A stretch of DNA of 64,000 bases, taken from assembly GCA_964371255.1 (NCBI GenBank), contig CAYJKV010000002.1, positions 130,553-194,552 of the forward strand, given 5' to 3'. This stretch comes from an uncultured Candidatus Saccharibacteria bacterium (GTDB lineage: Bacteria > Patescibacteriota > Andersenbacteria > UBA10190). Within the stretch, counting starts at the first letter, position 1; each line of letters begins with the position of its first letter. Below are positions 27,741-36,948 of this stretch, piece after piece. Below the pieces are notes generated by a model. That model was not told the origin of the DNA. It saw only the letters and a list, made by a program, of their open reading frames with translations, and did no database searches. Both the position numbers and the translations under genes were made by a program.

Positions 27741-28832
27741 ATGACAGTCAAAAAACTTTTATTTATTCCTTCACAGCGTCTGCTCTGGCGGACTTCCACC
27801 GCCTTGAAATGCTGGTTACTTGGCCACGAACTGCCTCACCATGCCGAAATCCAGTATGCTGGAGACCTCTCGGCCGTACTGGGCCATGATAACGTTTTCG
27901 TCCTAGGCCGCTACTATCCGCATGTATTTTCAAGTACCGTGCCAGCACAATGTTCATATCCTTCCTGTCACGGCGCTCCCCGGCCTACCTTTATCAGCCA
28001 ACATCAGCTCAAGCGCACTGTCTCCCAAGTTGATGCTGTTCTTATATCATCATTGGCTGGTCAGGACACCATCAAGGGGATAATAGCGCTTGCCCGCTCC
28101 AGAGACATACCCATAGCCATTCTGGACATGCCCGATTACGACACGTTGTATGGAGCTAAAGACCTGTCAGAACGTCTCACGCTTGGTTACCAATTTGGAC
28201 GGGATTTTGATCTCTATTTCAAAAAAGATCTGCCCATCGGCCACCGGACAAAATATATACTCCCATTTTCACCCATACCTGTCCGCCCGCAGTCATACTC
28301 TTTCACTAATCTGCCCAAACGGCACTCAATATTCTATAGCGGGCGTAAAAGAGAAGACCAATCCTCACCCGAAAGAGCACAAATTGTTAACTTGGTTGCA
28401 AAGCAAATACCCAACGCTAATGTTGTTACCCACGACGCCCGGCATACATTTTCATCAACTCGCCAATATTGGGACAATCTAGCTTCAGCCTACATCGCAC
28501 TCTCTCCCTCCGGCCGCTGCTGGGATTCCTTTCGTCATTGCGAAGTCGGTCTGGCACCCGCCACTGCCATCATACTGCCTCAGCCATTTATTGAGACAGC
28601 CGGCCCCAGTCTTATCGACGGAAAGAACTGCCTGCTGTACGACGTCACCTTACAATCCGGCCGATATTACCTGGCCAATCCACCGGCAGTGATTTCTAAA
28701 TTAAAATATTATCTCCAGCACCTCGATCAGCTATCCAGTATCGCTCAGCAGTGGAACCACGATGTCTTATCAGGACATACCATCTTATCTCGCAGCCATT
28801 ATATTATTGATTCGATGCAAAGCATCTTTTAA
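27741..28832 (+). CDS. Hypothetical protein; possibly a glycosyltransferase-like fold
   Basis: ATG at 27741 is preferred over the track's start at 27657, which would sit 13 nt from the divergent gene. No recognisable motif. Confidence 0.3.
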   Translation: MTVKKLLFIPSQRLLWRTSTALKCWLLGHELPHHAEIQYAGDLSAVLGHDNVFVLGRYYPHVFSSTVPAQCSYPSCHGAPRPTFISQHQLKRTVSQVDAVLISSLAGQDTIKGIIALARSRDIPIAILDMPDYDTLYGAKDLSERLTLGYQFGRDFDLYFKKDLPIGHRTKYILPFSPIPVRPQSYSFTNLPKRHSIFYSGRKREDQSSPERAQIVNLVAKQIPNANVVTHDARHTFSSTRQYWDNLASAYIALSPSGRCWDSFRHCEVGLAPATAIILPQPFIETAGPSLIDGKNCLLYDVTLQSGRYYLANPPAVISKLKYYLQHLDQLSSIAQQWNHDVLSGHTILSRSHYIIDSMQSIF

Positions 28833-28866
28833 ATACTTCCCGTCGCGAAAGTAAAAATATTTGTCT

Positions 28867-30096
28867 TCATACGACTGCCATTCTTTTCCAGTCAATCTTC
28901 AGTGTCATTAACGCAATCATTGTCCATATCAGAGGCACTAACGCAAACACAATTGCAAATCCCATAATTTGCCAGACACTGCCTAAGATCACAATAAACA
29001 ACATCTTCAGCGCTGGACTCAACAGCTCGTTCACCATTACCGCTTTTCGCTTACTCTGCAGAAAAGAAAAGTTCACCAGCAGCTGTGAGAGCGGCAAAAA
29101 CAATAACCCTGTCGAAGCCACCATCGCCATCGGCAAGGCTGATCTGTATTGCTCGCCAAACAATGGAATTAGTAAAAACCACACCATACAAGCCGTCACC
29201 GCCGTAGCGATCACCCCGATCATTAATGCAGTTAATAAATCACGCCATCCCAAAAAGTCCCGATGGCTTAATTTTGGCAGAGCCATAGTGAAGATGCTTT
29301 TAAAACTCAGCATTACCGCGTTAGGCATAATTACCGCCACTGCGTATATTGCTAAAACCGACGGGGAGAAAACAATTCCAGCCAGTACTTTATCTACGTT
29401 CCCTGCAATCTGCTTGAAGAATCCGGCTTTCGACAAGAAATAGCTATACTCTTTCCAGTCTGAGCTCACCTCATCGTTTCGCAGCACCGCAAAACTTTTT
29501 ACAAATGTTATGCCGTTTACGAATATATTTGTGCCTATATAAACTAACAATAACACTGCTACATTATCTCCGACGATCAATAACACTATGATCGTCACTA
29601 ATGCGGTTAATACTGATCTGGCCATGCTCGATATCGCATAATCAGTGAACAGCTCTTTACCTTTGTACATGAACTGCCAGCTCTGTACTACCAAATACCA
29701 TGGCACCAACAGCGCAACTGCTAAAAAAGCCCAGGCTAATGGAAATTCATTTCTGTAATAATAATACCAGGCGAATAGCGCCATGACTGGCACACCCAGC
29801 AGACTCCAATAAAAACGGGTTTTTACCGCCCGCGGATAAACACCGTCCCTATTCCTGGCTGCATCTCTCAAGATGACCGTATCAAAACCTCTGATAGAAA
29901 TTACTGCTACCATCGCCAAGACCGATAAAGCCAGTTGGAACTCGCCCAATGTCTCTTTAGCTGACAGGCGGGCAATCATTAGAGTTACCGCCACACCGGA
30001 GACTTGTTGTATCCCATCGCTCAATAAAAGCACGGGACCTCGTTTAATTACTTGTAATATGTCTAGACCAATTCGGGTGCTAATATTTTTGACCAT
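28867..30096 (-). CDS. Wzx-type oligosaccharide flippase (MOP/polysaccharide-biosynthesis family)
   Basis: 409 aa with about 12 TM segments. N-terminal GLDILQVIKRG...SDGIQQVSGVAVTLMIARL is typical of the Polysacc_synt family. Confidence 0.6.
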   Translation of the reverse strand: MVKNISTRIGLDILQVIKRGPVLLLSDGIQQVSGVAVTLMIARLSAKETLGEFQLALSVLAMVAVISIRGFDTVILRDAARNRDGVYPRAVKTRFYWSLLGVPVMALFAWYYYYRNEFPLAWAFLAVALLVPWYLVVQSWQFMYKGKELFTDYAISSMARSVLTALVTIIVLLIVGDNVAVLLLVYIGTNIFVNGITFVKSFAVLRNDEVSSDWKEYSYFLSKAGFFKQIAGNVDKVLAGIVFSPSVLAIYAVAVIMPNAVMLSFKSIFTMALPKLSHRDFLGWRDLLTALMIGVIATAVTACMVWFLLIPLFGEQYRSALPMAMVASTGLLFLPLSQLLVNFSFLQSKRKAVMVNELLSPALKMLFIVILGSVWQIMGFAIVFALVPLIWTMIALMTLKIDWKRMAVV

Positions 30097-30166
30097 TACA
30101 TCAATACTATCACGCTACTTAATTATTGAGGCAGCCTACCCGTCGTTACCCTGGGTCTTGATGCGT

Positions 30167-31285
30167 CTAGCGCTTCTTCCTGTTTTTATTATTTGGCTTA
30201 ATTTCTTCTACTCCTAATTTCTCCAGTGCATCAAGCCATAACCCTATTCCTTTACCCACCTGACTAACGTCCCAATCATGTTTGGCTCGCCCCATCGGCC
30301 ATGACGGAAAATTCATTGCCTGCCTTAGCTCATGGCCAACTTGCGCCAAGGCTTCCATTAAGCCATTGGCTTTTAAGTCCATCGTCCACAATACATCAAC
30401 TAACTTATCAACCGTTGCCATGCCATGAATTTCTAACAGGAAATCATGGAAATTATCATGCGGATTTCTTTTTTGTCTTACCACCGGCGCTCCATACGAG
30501 ACCCCAAAATTAAAATGGTCAGCTATGCGTTTAGTGATGAGGGAAGAAAATATATCGTCATACCTGCCCACATATGGACATAAAAATGCTGTCAACCCAA
30601 AACCATTTAGATACGATGTATTTTGCGTATCACAAGGGCAGATAACATTTTCTGCCAAAATAATCGATCGCTCCCTGCGTACCAAATAAGTTCCTCGCAG
30701 CCCGATCAATCTGTCTATCGCATCAACATCCGGATTCTCTTCCCATAAACCCTGATTAATCGCGATATCCTTCGTCCCTTTCGTCATCTTTACCCTTGCG
30801 GCATCATTATCGTCGCGATGGAATGGTGAAAATCCCCTGAAGAAGACTTTCTCGCGATAAAATTTCTTTATTGCATTATACCAAACTGGCTCGCTCGCTT
30901 TCAGCACTTCTCCCTTAGCCGCCCTGATGCTGTGGTGGCCGATGAAATCCTCTTGCTTCAGCAAGTTATCATCATCAATTGTAATTATCACGTCATCCTT
31001 CGTATATTGTTTTGTCAGACAGTACAAATAACCCAAGTTTCTCCGACCAATCGAATTAAACGGAATATATTCGTATATCGGCAAATGGCTGAACATTTTT
31101 TTCTGATCGTTGATATTCAGGTAAACCGTGTGCGGCAAACCTGCGCAATATTGTTTTGTCCCACTAGGTGATTTCTTGTCTCCGACTACGACAACTTCAA
31201 ATTCCCGCCCATATTTCTCAAAGTCTTTGATATATCTTTTCAGAGCCTTCGGAATATTGATCGTCGTTGTCACTAAATAATTCAT
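30167..31285 (-). CDS. RGP/GT75-like protein (reversibly glycosylated polypeptide / UDP-arabinopyranose mutase family homolog)
   Basis: VTTTINIPKALKRY...EVVVVGDKKSP, ITIDDDNLL (DDD) and INQGLWEENPDVDAIDRL parallel the RGP family blocks IVIPTIR...IIVQDGDPSK, DDDC and GLWLNIPDYDA. Confidence 0.4.
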   Translation of the reverse strand: MNYLVTTTINIPKALKRYIKDFEKYGREFEVVVVGDKKSPSGTKQYCAGLPHTVYLNINDQKKMFSHLPIYEYIPFNSIGRRNLGYLYCLTKQYTKDDVIITIDDDNLLKQEDFIGHHSIRAAKGEVLKASEPVWYNAIKKFYREKVFFRGFSPFHRDDNDAARVKMTKGTKDIAINQGLWEENPDVDAIDRLIGLRGTYLVRRERSIILAENVICPCDTQNTSYLNGFGLTAFLCPYVGRYDDIFSSLITKRIADHFNFGVSYGAPVVRQKRNPHDNFHDFLLEIHGMATVDKLVDVLWTMDLKANGLMEALAQVGHELRQAMNFPSWPMGRAKHDWDVSQVGKGIGLWLDALEKLGVEEIKPNNKNRKKR

Positions 31286-31394
31286 AATCTAATAAATTAA
31301 TTCTGATACGCTATTAAATATTCAATTTGCATCGCCTGTTATTATGCATACTTCTATCTTCACTAAGCAAGTTGTCTTAGCCCCAATACTGAAA

Positions 31395-32339
31395 TTACTT
31401 CCCCCTTGCTAACTCTTCTATTAGTTTTTCTGTTATAAACTCCTCAACCCTTCTCATTTCATCATAGGTCGCACCGCCGATATGGGGCGTGATTATTACG
31501 TTACCATGGTTTCTTGCGTATCTGATGATTTGATTATTTTGAATTTGCCCGCTTATCTCATCAGTGATCACGTCCAGCCCCGCTCCACCAATTCTTTTGC
31601 GTCGCAGCGCCACGATTAAATCCCGCTCCCGCACCACCGCTCCCCGGCTCGTATTTATGAGAATCTGCCCGCTCTTTGCCCGATTAAAATAGTCTTGCCC
31701 GATTAAGCCAGTAGTTTCTGTATTTAACGGCACGTGCACAGACACGATATCAGCTGCCTTTGCTAAGGTAGCCAGTGATCTTACTTTTGTATACCTGCCA
31801 TAATGCTTATGCGGATCATGATATATAACCTTTGCTCCCAGGGCCGTTACCAATCGGGCTGTTATTGTACCTAACCGTCCCATTCCGATAATCCCCACAG
31901 TCCTGCCTTTCATTGATCGACCAACCCATCGCTCCCTCTCCCACTTGCCAACTAAAACTTCTTGGCTTGCCGGTATAATGTTGCGTATTAGGTTTAGCAT
32001 TAGGCCCACGGCTAGCTCAGCGGTCGGGGTTATTGTCTTAAGAAAATTATTCTCGCCTTGTAGGGATATCACTTTAATACCGCGTAACTTTGCCGTTTTT
32101 ACATCTATATGATCAATTCCCGTCGTAGGCGTGGCGATAAATTTTGTACGTTTCGTTGCGTTAATAATTCTCTTATCAACCTTGATTCCTAATCTCACGA
32201 TAATTCCATCATACTGGTTGATGCTCTTTTGTAACTTTTGATGATCACACCGGCCCTTCACCACTTGCCAACCGGCTCGTTTCATCCGTTTAATGGCCTT
32301 GGCGCTGAAATCTTTGCTTTCTGTTATCAGCACCTTCAT
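31395..32339 (-). CDS. D-isomer-specific 2-hydroxyacid dehydrogenase (NAD-binding)
   Basis: GRTVGIIGMGRLGTITARL Rossmann motif. 314 aa. 4-nt overlap with neuA. Confidence 0.7.
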   Translation of the reverse strand: MKVLITESKDFSAKAIKRMKRAGWQVVKGRCDHQKLQKSINQYDGIIVRLGIKVDKRIINATKRTKFIATPTTGIDHIDVKTAKLRGIKVISLQGENNFLKTITPTAELAVGLMLNLIRNIIPASQEVLVGKWERERWVGRSMKGRTVGIIGMGRLGTITARLVTALGAKVIYHDPHKHYGRYTKVRSLATLAKAADIVSVHVPLNTETTGLIGQDYFNRAKSGQILINTSRGAVVRERDLIVALRRKRIGGAGLDVITDEISGQIQNNQIIRYARNHGNVIITPHIGGATYDEMRRVEEFITEKLIEELARGK

Positions 32340-33082
32340 TGTTTTGTCGCCATTTTATAATCTGAATTTTTTAAATAATATTCCGCCAATCTTAAATCCT
32401 CCAAGGTGTCAATATTGACTGATCTGTTTACCGGCATTAAATAGGGACGACAATCCTCGGACACAAACTTCTCTTGCTCGAGCAGATAGGACGTTTTCAC
32501 TAAGTAAATTGCTCCGTTTCTCCATACTGCTTCCGGAAACCGCTGTCTTGGCATCCCCGCTGGCGTTGGTATTACTTGAGTAACCCGTGTTTTATTTTTC
32601 AAGTAATACATGTACCAGGGATGATAAGCCACCATTCGTGTGAAACTGCAAACGCTATTGACTCGGTATTTTTCCATGATGGCTAAAGCCGCGTCTATGT
32701 CCTCAGCCCTTCTCAGCGGAGCGGTTGGCTGTAACAGCAACACGTATCTATATTTTTTATCGGTTCTTTTTAATATGTCTTTTATCACCTCAATGATATT
32801 TGTTCTGTCTTGAGCAAGTTCATGCGGTCTCAAGTACGGCACGTGACCGCCATAAGCCTCGGCTACTTTCCGTATTTTTTTGTCATCAGTTGAGACAACA
32901 TAATCAAATCTGTGTTTTGTTTTTTGGATAGCTTCCAGGGTATATGCAATCAGTGGTTTACCATGCAGCTCTACTATATTTTTATATTTTATACCCTTTG
33001 ATCCGCCGCGTGCCGGCACTATGCCTAATACTGGTCCCAAAGTGTCTCGTGATTTTCTGGTCGCCATATCCTTGGTTGTCAC
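32336..33082 (-). CDS. neuA: CMP-nonulosonic acid synthetase (acylneuraminate cytidylyltransferase family)
   Basis: LGIVPARGGSKGIKYKNIVELHGKPLIAYTL; CTP_transf_3 fold. 248 aa. Confidence 0.75.
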   Translation of the reverse strand: MTTKDMATRKSRDTLGPVLGIVPARGGSKGIKYKNIVELHGKPLIAYTLEAIQKTKHRFDYVVSTDDKKIRKVAEAYGGHVPYLRPHELAQDRTNIIEVIKDILKRTDKKYRYVLLLQPTAPLRRAEDIDAALAIMEKYRVNSVCSFTRMVAYHPWYMYYLKNKTRVTQVIPTPAGMPRQRFPEAVWRNGAIYLVKTSYLLEQEKFVSEDCRPYLMPVNRSVNIDTLEDLRLAEYYLKNSDYKMATKQ

Positions 33083-33091
33083 ATTGTTGCC

Positions 33092-34225
33092 TTAACTCTG
33101 CTTATAAAATACTTCTTGCAGGCTAACCCTGCGTTGATCATCTGTCGTTAAAGGCTCCCCCGCCTTTATATCACGAACCGCTTTTTTCCCTACCACCAAC
33201 GGATAATTTTCTGATCCTATTCCTTTAATTAACGCTTGCGGCCGCATGGCCCAGAGATCGCTCGCTTTTATCACTTCGCCTTTTTTAATATCGCGGCTCG
33301 CCACCAAGCTTTTTCTAAATAATCCTCTAAATCCTGAGTGACTGTCCGCTAGCTCTTCTGACACTTGGCCAATTATTGCTGGATTATCTGCCACCATATT
33401 AACGCCTTGCCGTACTGTTCTCGTCATTGCTGTAAACTCATTAGGCGTCATTGATACTTTATGGTCAGCGCCCCACCAGCGACGATTTAACGAGAAATGC
33501 TTTTCAATTATGGTTGCGCCTTGTTTAACCGCCTGAATTACTCCCTGGTACCCCAATGAATGATCGGAGAATCCAATCGGAATTTGATATCTGGCCTTAT
33601 ACCACCCAATCGTGGCAACATTTAAATCTTCCACTGGACAAGGATATTTCGACACGCAATGCAATAAAGCCAGGTGCTTATTTTTTGTCTTTATATATTT
33701 TATTGCGGCCTCCACTTCCGCCCGGCTGCTCATCCCTGTCGAGATAATGATTGGCTGGCGCAAAGTCCGCAAATAATCCAATAAAACAAAGTCCAAAATA
33801 TCACCGGACCCTACTTTCCATAACGGCACGCCAATCTTATTTAACATCTTAGCCGCTCCTCGGCTCATTGGCGTTGAAAAAAATAATATTCGTTGCTCCG
33901 TACAATACTTCTTAATGGCTTTCCACCACTCCTCGTTGCCCAGCAAACTATTCCGCTTGACCCACGCGTATCTATCTGCCCCTTTGAAATGGGGTGATAC
34001 AACTTTAATCTGCCACTGTTCATCGCCCACCTGATGCGTCTGGAATTTTACCGCGTCCGCCCCTGCTGCTCTGGCCTGACTGATCAATTGTTTGGCATTG
34101 TACAAGTAATGTCCGCGGGACTGCTCCTTTTTTGTCCGGATGAAATTTTTACCGATTTCAGCAATAAAAAAAACATTTTTAGACCCAATCTTGCTCCAAA
34201 TATTTACATTTTTATTGCTCTTCAT
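33092..34225 (-). CDS. neuB: Nonulosonic acid synthase (N-acetylneuraminate synthase family)
   Basis: NeuB TIM-barrel motifs (IGFSDHSLG, AVKQGATIIEKHFSL) plus a C-terminal SAF/antifreeze-like domain (ASRDIKKGEVIKASDLWAMRP). Confidence 0.8.
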   Translation of the reverse strand: MKSNKNVNIWSKIGSKNVFFIAEIGKNFIRTKKEQSRGHYLYNAKQLISQARAAGADAVKFQTHQVGDEQWQIKVVSPHFKGADRYAWVKRNSLLGNEEWWKAIKKYCTEQRILFFSTPMSRGAAKMLNKIGVPLWKVGSGDILDFVLLDYLRTLRQPIIISTGMSSRAEVEAAIKYIKTKNKHLALLHCVSKYPCPVEDLNVATIGWYKARYQIPIGFSDHSLGYQGVIQAVKQGATIIEKHFSLNRRWWGADHKVSMTPNEFTAMTRTVRQGVNMVADNPAIIGQVSEELADSHSGFRGLFRKSLVASRDIKKGEVIKASDLWAMRPQALIKGIGSENYPLVVGKKAVRDIKAGEPLTTDDQRRVSLQEVFYKQS

Positions 34226-34242
34226 AAATCAGGACGGGTCTC

Positions 34243-35400
34243 TCAATACGTAATCATTTTTTGCTGTTTTATCTCTACTTTCTTTAGGATCGCCATGATT
34301 TTTTTGGCAGTTTCTCCGTTGCCGTATAAAAATGATCTCTCATACTTACCGTGCCTCACCTGTTTTCTTATCGCTTGTACAATTTTCCTTTCATCAAATA
34401 ACACGTTCATCACATTTTTTCCCATTAAACGGCCATGTTGTCTGGTACCGACATTAACGGCCGGCACACCCAACCAGCCGCTTTCTTTTATGCCGACTGA
34501 CGAATTGCCGATCACTGCCTGAGCTTGGTTTAGAACATTCGCGAAATGCTCCGGTTTCAAATATCGAATAAATCTGATTTGATAGGCATCATCATGTTCA
34601 ATCTGCCATTCCCTGATCCGTTTGGCGATCGCGTCAGACCCCGCACCTAAATTCGGCCAAATCCATACGGCTTGCATTTTTAAACTATGTATCGCCGTCA
34701 ACAAACATTCGGCCTGTTGCCTCGCCAGATTAGCCTCCGTCGTGACTGGATTCAGCATCACCACTGCGTAAGGCTGTCCCAGATCTAATTTTGCCCCCGT
34801 CCCGTGCTTGTTAATCGTGGCATCAGGCACATGCTTCAGAAACTTAATTTGTCGGAGAAAATCCACATCTAGGCTGCCCACATTCCATATTCGATCCTTT
34901 CTCTCTCCCAGTCTAATTAATCTGGTTTTTGCCTGTTCATTGGTGACAAAATGCCCATGGGCTAGTTTTGTAATAGCGTGCCGGACACTCTCGTCAATTG
35001 ATCCACTGACATCCCCGCCTTCTAAATGAATTAAAGTTTTATTCAAATAAGCCGCCGCCGCGGCTATGGGCAGCACTTCAAACCGATCACCCCTTACAAT
35101 CACTACGTCTGATTCTAAGTTCTCCATCCCAGTCGCAAACTCCAGCATGCCCAGGGCGGCTGTTTTAGCCATTCCGAGGTGCTCGCCTCCTTCAATCGCT
35201 GTTGGTATTTTAAGATCAGGTTCAAACCCATGCGCCCTCAACTCGGCCACGACATTGCCATAACGATATGTCAACGCGCCGCCCCCCACAATTATCTGCA
35301 GCCTAAACCTCGACGATCGTTTGATCTCTTTTAATAAAGTCACAAGTCTACTAAGATGAGCCTTGTCAGTGATCACTACACAGATGTTTCTTTTATGCAT
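34243..35400 (-). CDS. neuC: UDP-N-acetylglucosamine 2-epimerase (hydrolysing), NeuC/LegG family
   Basis: VIVRGDRFEVLPIAAAAAYLNKTLIHLEGGDVSGSIDESVRHAITKLAHGHF. The ATG at 35400 is preferred over the TTG at 35403. Confidence 0.75.
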   Translation of the reverse strand: MHKRNICVVITDKAHLSRLVTLLKEIKRSSRFRLQIIVGGGALTYRYGNVVAELRAHGFEPDLKIPTAIEGGEHLGMAKTAALGMLEFATGMENLESDVVIVRGDRFEVLPIAAAAAYLNKTLIHLEGGDVSGSIDESVRHAITKLAHGHFVTNEQAKTRLIRLGERKDRIWNVGSLDVDFLRQIKFLKHVPDATINKHGTGAKLDLGQPYAVVMLNPVTTEANLARQQAECLLTAIHSLKMQAVWIWPNLGAGSDAIAKRIREWQIEHDDAYQIRFIRYLKPEHFANVLNQAQAVIGNSSVGIKESGWLGVPAVNVGTRQHGRLMGKNVMNVLFDERKIVQAIRKQVRHGKYERSFLYGNGETAKKIMAILKKVEIKQQKMITY

Positions 35401-35409
35401 CAATTTAAT

Positions 35410-36948
35410 ATGGCGACAAATTCCAAACCAATCAACCTAATCTTCTGCGCCCAAGGATCCGCCCTTAAGATCTTTGATAATTTGCTGCCGCCGCTTCGTC
35501 GGTCGCTATCCCTAGGCCACGTTGGTCTTTATGTGGCCGATCAAGTTTTCTATGACCATTATTTGTCCCGCGCTAATAATTTCTCTGCCCATCCTATTCA
35601 GTGGCTCAAGGAATGGGAACTAAATCAAAGCGCCCGCCGCACACCGCTCAACCTGGAGCAGTTAACTGCCTGGGAAAAACTTTACGGCCAGCCAAATTTC
35701 TGGCCCGCGCTCATCGCCGATCGCCGCCTCTTCATGGGCCCATTAATCAAATACAAACAAGATTATCGCCCGCGCCTGTCTTACACCGCGATGCTGCGTC
35801 GGTTGCAAGTTTCCATTGAGCAGATCGAACGACATATCGGCCGTGTCAAACCCGATGCCATCATCGGTTTTAATATGGTCACCCTCGACGAATTTATATT
35901 CTACTTAATTGCCAGGCAAAAACGTATACCGTATTGGCAAATTAAAAATGCCAAGGTTAATAATCTTATTACACTTTTCCCGGACCCGCTGCGGCTGTCC
36001 GACTTTTTCTCTCAACTTGCTGCCACTGCCCCATCTCCTGCTGTCTTGAACCAGGCACGCGATTACCTGCGACGCGCCCAAGCTAAGAACAGCACTTATG
36101 AAGGACATATTATCCTTAAACCACCCACTCTCTCTTCCCTCATCACTCCAGCTCTATTGTATAAACTAACCAAATCAAGCGCTTTTTCTCTGCTCAAAAC
36201 CTTTCGCTATCCGGCTGACAACCAATCGGCTGGCCTGTCCGCTGTCTGGCAATTCAACGTGGTCAAACCGATCAACGCGCTCAATCATCATCGATATTTA
36301 TCCCATCGTTATTTACCGCCCAGTCAGCTGTCCAGTACCCCCTACGTATTTTTTCCTCTTCATACCGAGCCAGAAATAGCCTTATCTATCTACGGCCGCT
36401 ATCACCAAAATCAGATAGAAGTTATCAGAAATGTCGCGCAAAGCCTGCCGGTCACTTGGTCGGTAGTGGTTAAGGACCACCCGCGCTCCCTGGGGTTCCG
36501 TAAACTGCAATACTACAAAAAACTGCTGCAAATACCCAATGTTAAACTGGTTAATCCATACCTACCATCATGGGATATTATTGAGTACGCCCAGGCCGTC
36601 GTCACTATCTCCAGCTGGGTTGGCTTTGAAGCTGTTGTTTCTAAAAAACCAGTCGTGACGATGGGTGAATGCACTTATAATTGCCTGCCTGACTGCATGG
36701 TGACAAAAAATACGTCTTATCAGCAATTGTCGTCCGACATTGATCATGCCATCCGCCATTACAGCTATGACGAAAAAGCTTTATTAGATCATATCGCCCA
36801 AGTCATTAGTCAATCTTTTCCTATTAATATGTATAGTGACGTGCTCGCCAAGCCTAACCGCCATTCCTCGCCCGCTGCCACTTCTTCGTCTCAACTATGG
36901 TCTGACTTTGCTAACTACCTCATAACCGCCGCGCACCTTCACGAATGA
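35410..36948 (+). CDS. Capsule_synth-family (KpsS/KpsC-like, GT107-type) glycosyltransferase
   Basis: FFPLHTEPEIALSIYGRYHQNQIEVIRNVAQSLPVTWSVVVKDHP...SSWVGFEAVVSKKPVVTMG fits the KpsS/KpsC family core. Start is at 35395 or 35410, divergent from neuC. Confidence 0.55.
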   Translation: MATNSKPINLIFCAQGSALKIFDNLLPPLRRSLSLGHVGLYVADQVFYDHYLSRANNFSAHPIQWLKEWELNQSARRTPLNLEQLTAWEKLYGQPNFWPALIADRRLFMGPLIKYKQDYRPRLSYTAMLRRLQVSIEQIERHIGRVKPDAIIGFNMVTLDEFIFYLIARQKRIPYWQIKNAKVNNLITLFPDPLRLSDFFSQLAATAPSPAVLNQARDYLRRAQAKNSTYEGHIILKPPTLSSLITPALLYKLTKSSAFSLLKTFRYPADNQSAGLSAVWQFNVVKPINALNHHRYLSHRYLPPSQLSSTPYVFFPLHTEPEIALSIYGRYHQNQIEVIRNVAQSLPVTWSVVVKDHPRSLGFRKLQYYKKLLQIPNVKLVNPYLPSWDIIEYAQAVVTISSWVGFEAVVSKKPVVTMGECTYNCLPDCMVTKNTSYQQLSSDIDHAIRHYSYDEKALLDHIAQVISQSFPINMYSDVLAKPNRHSSPAATSSSQLWSDFANYLITAAHLHE

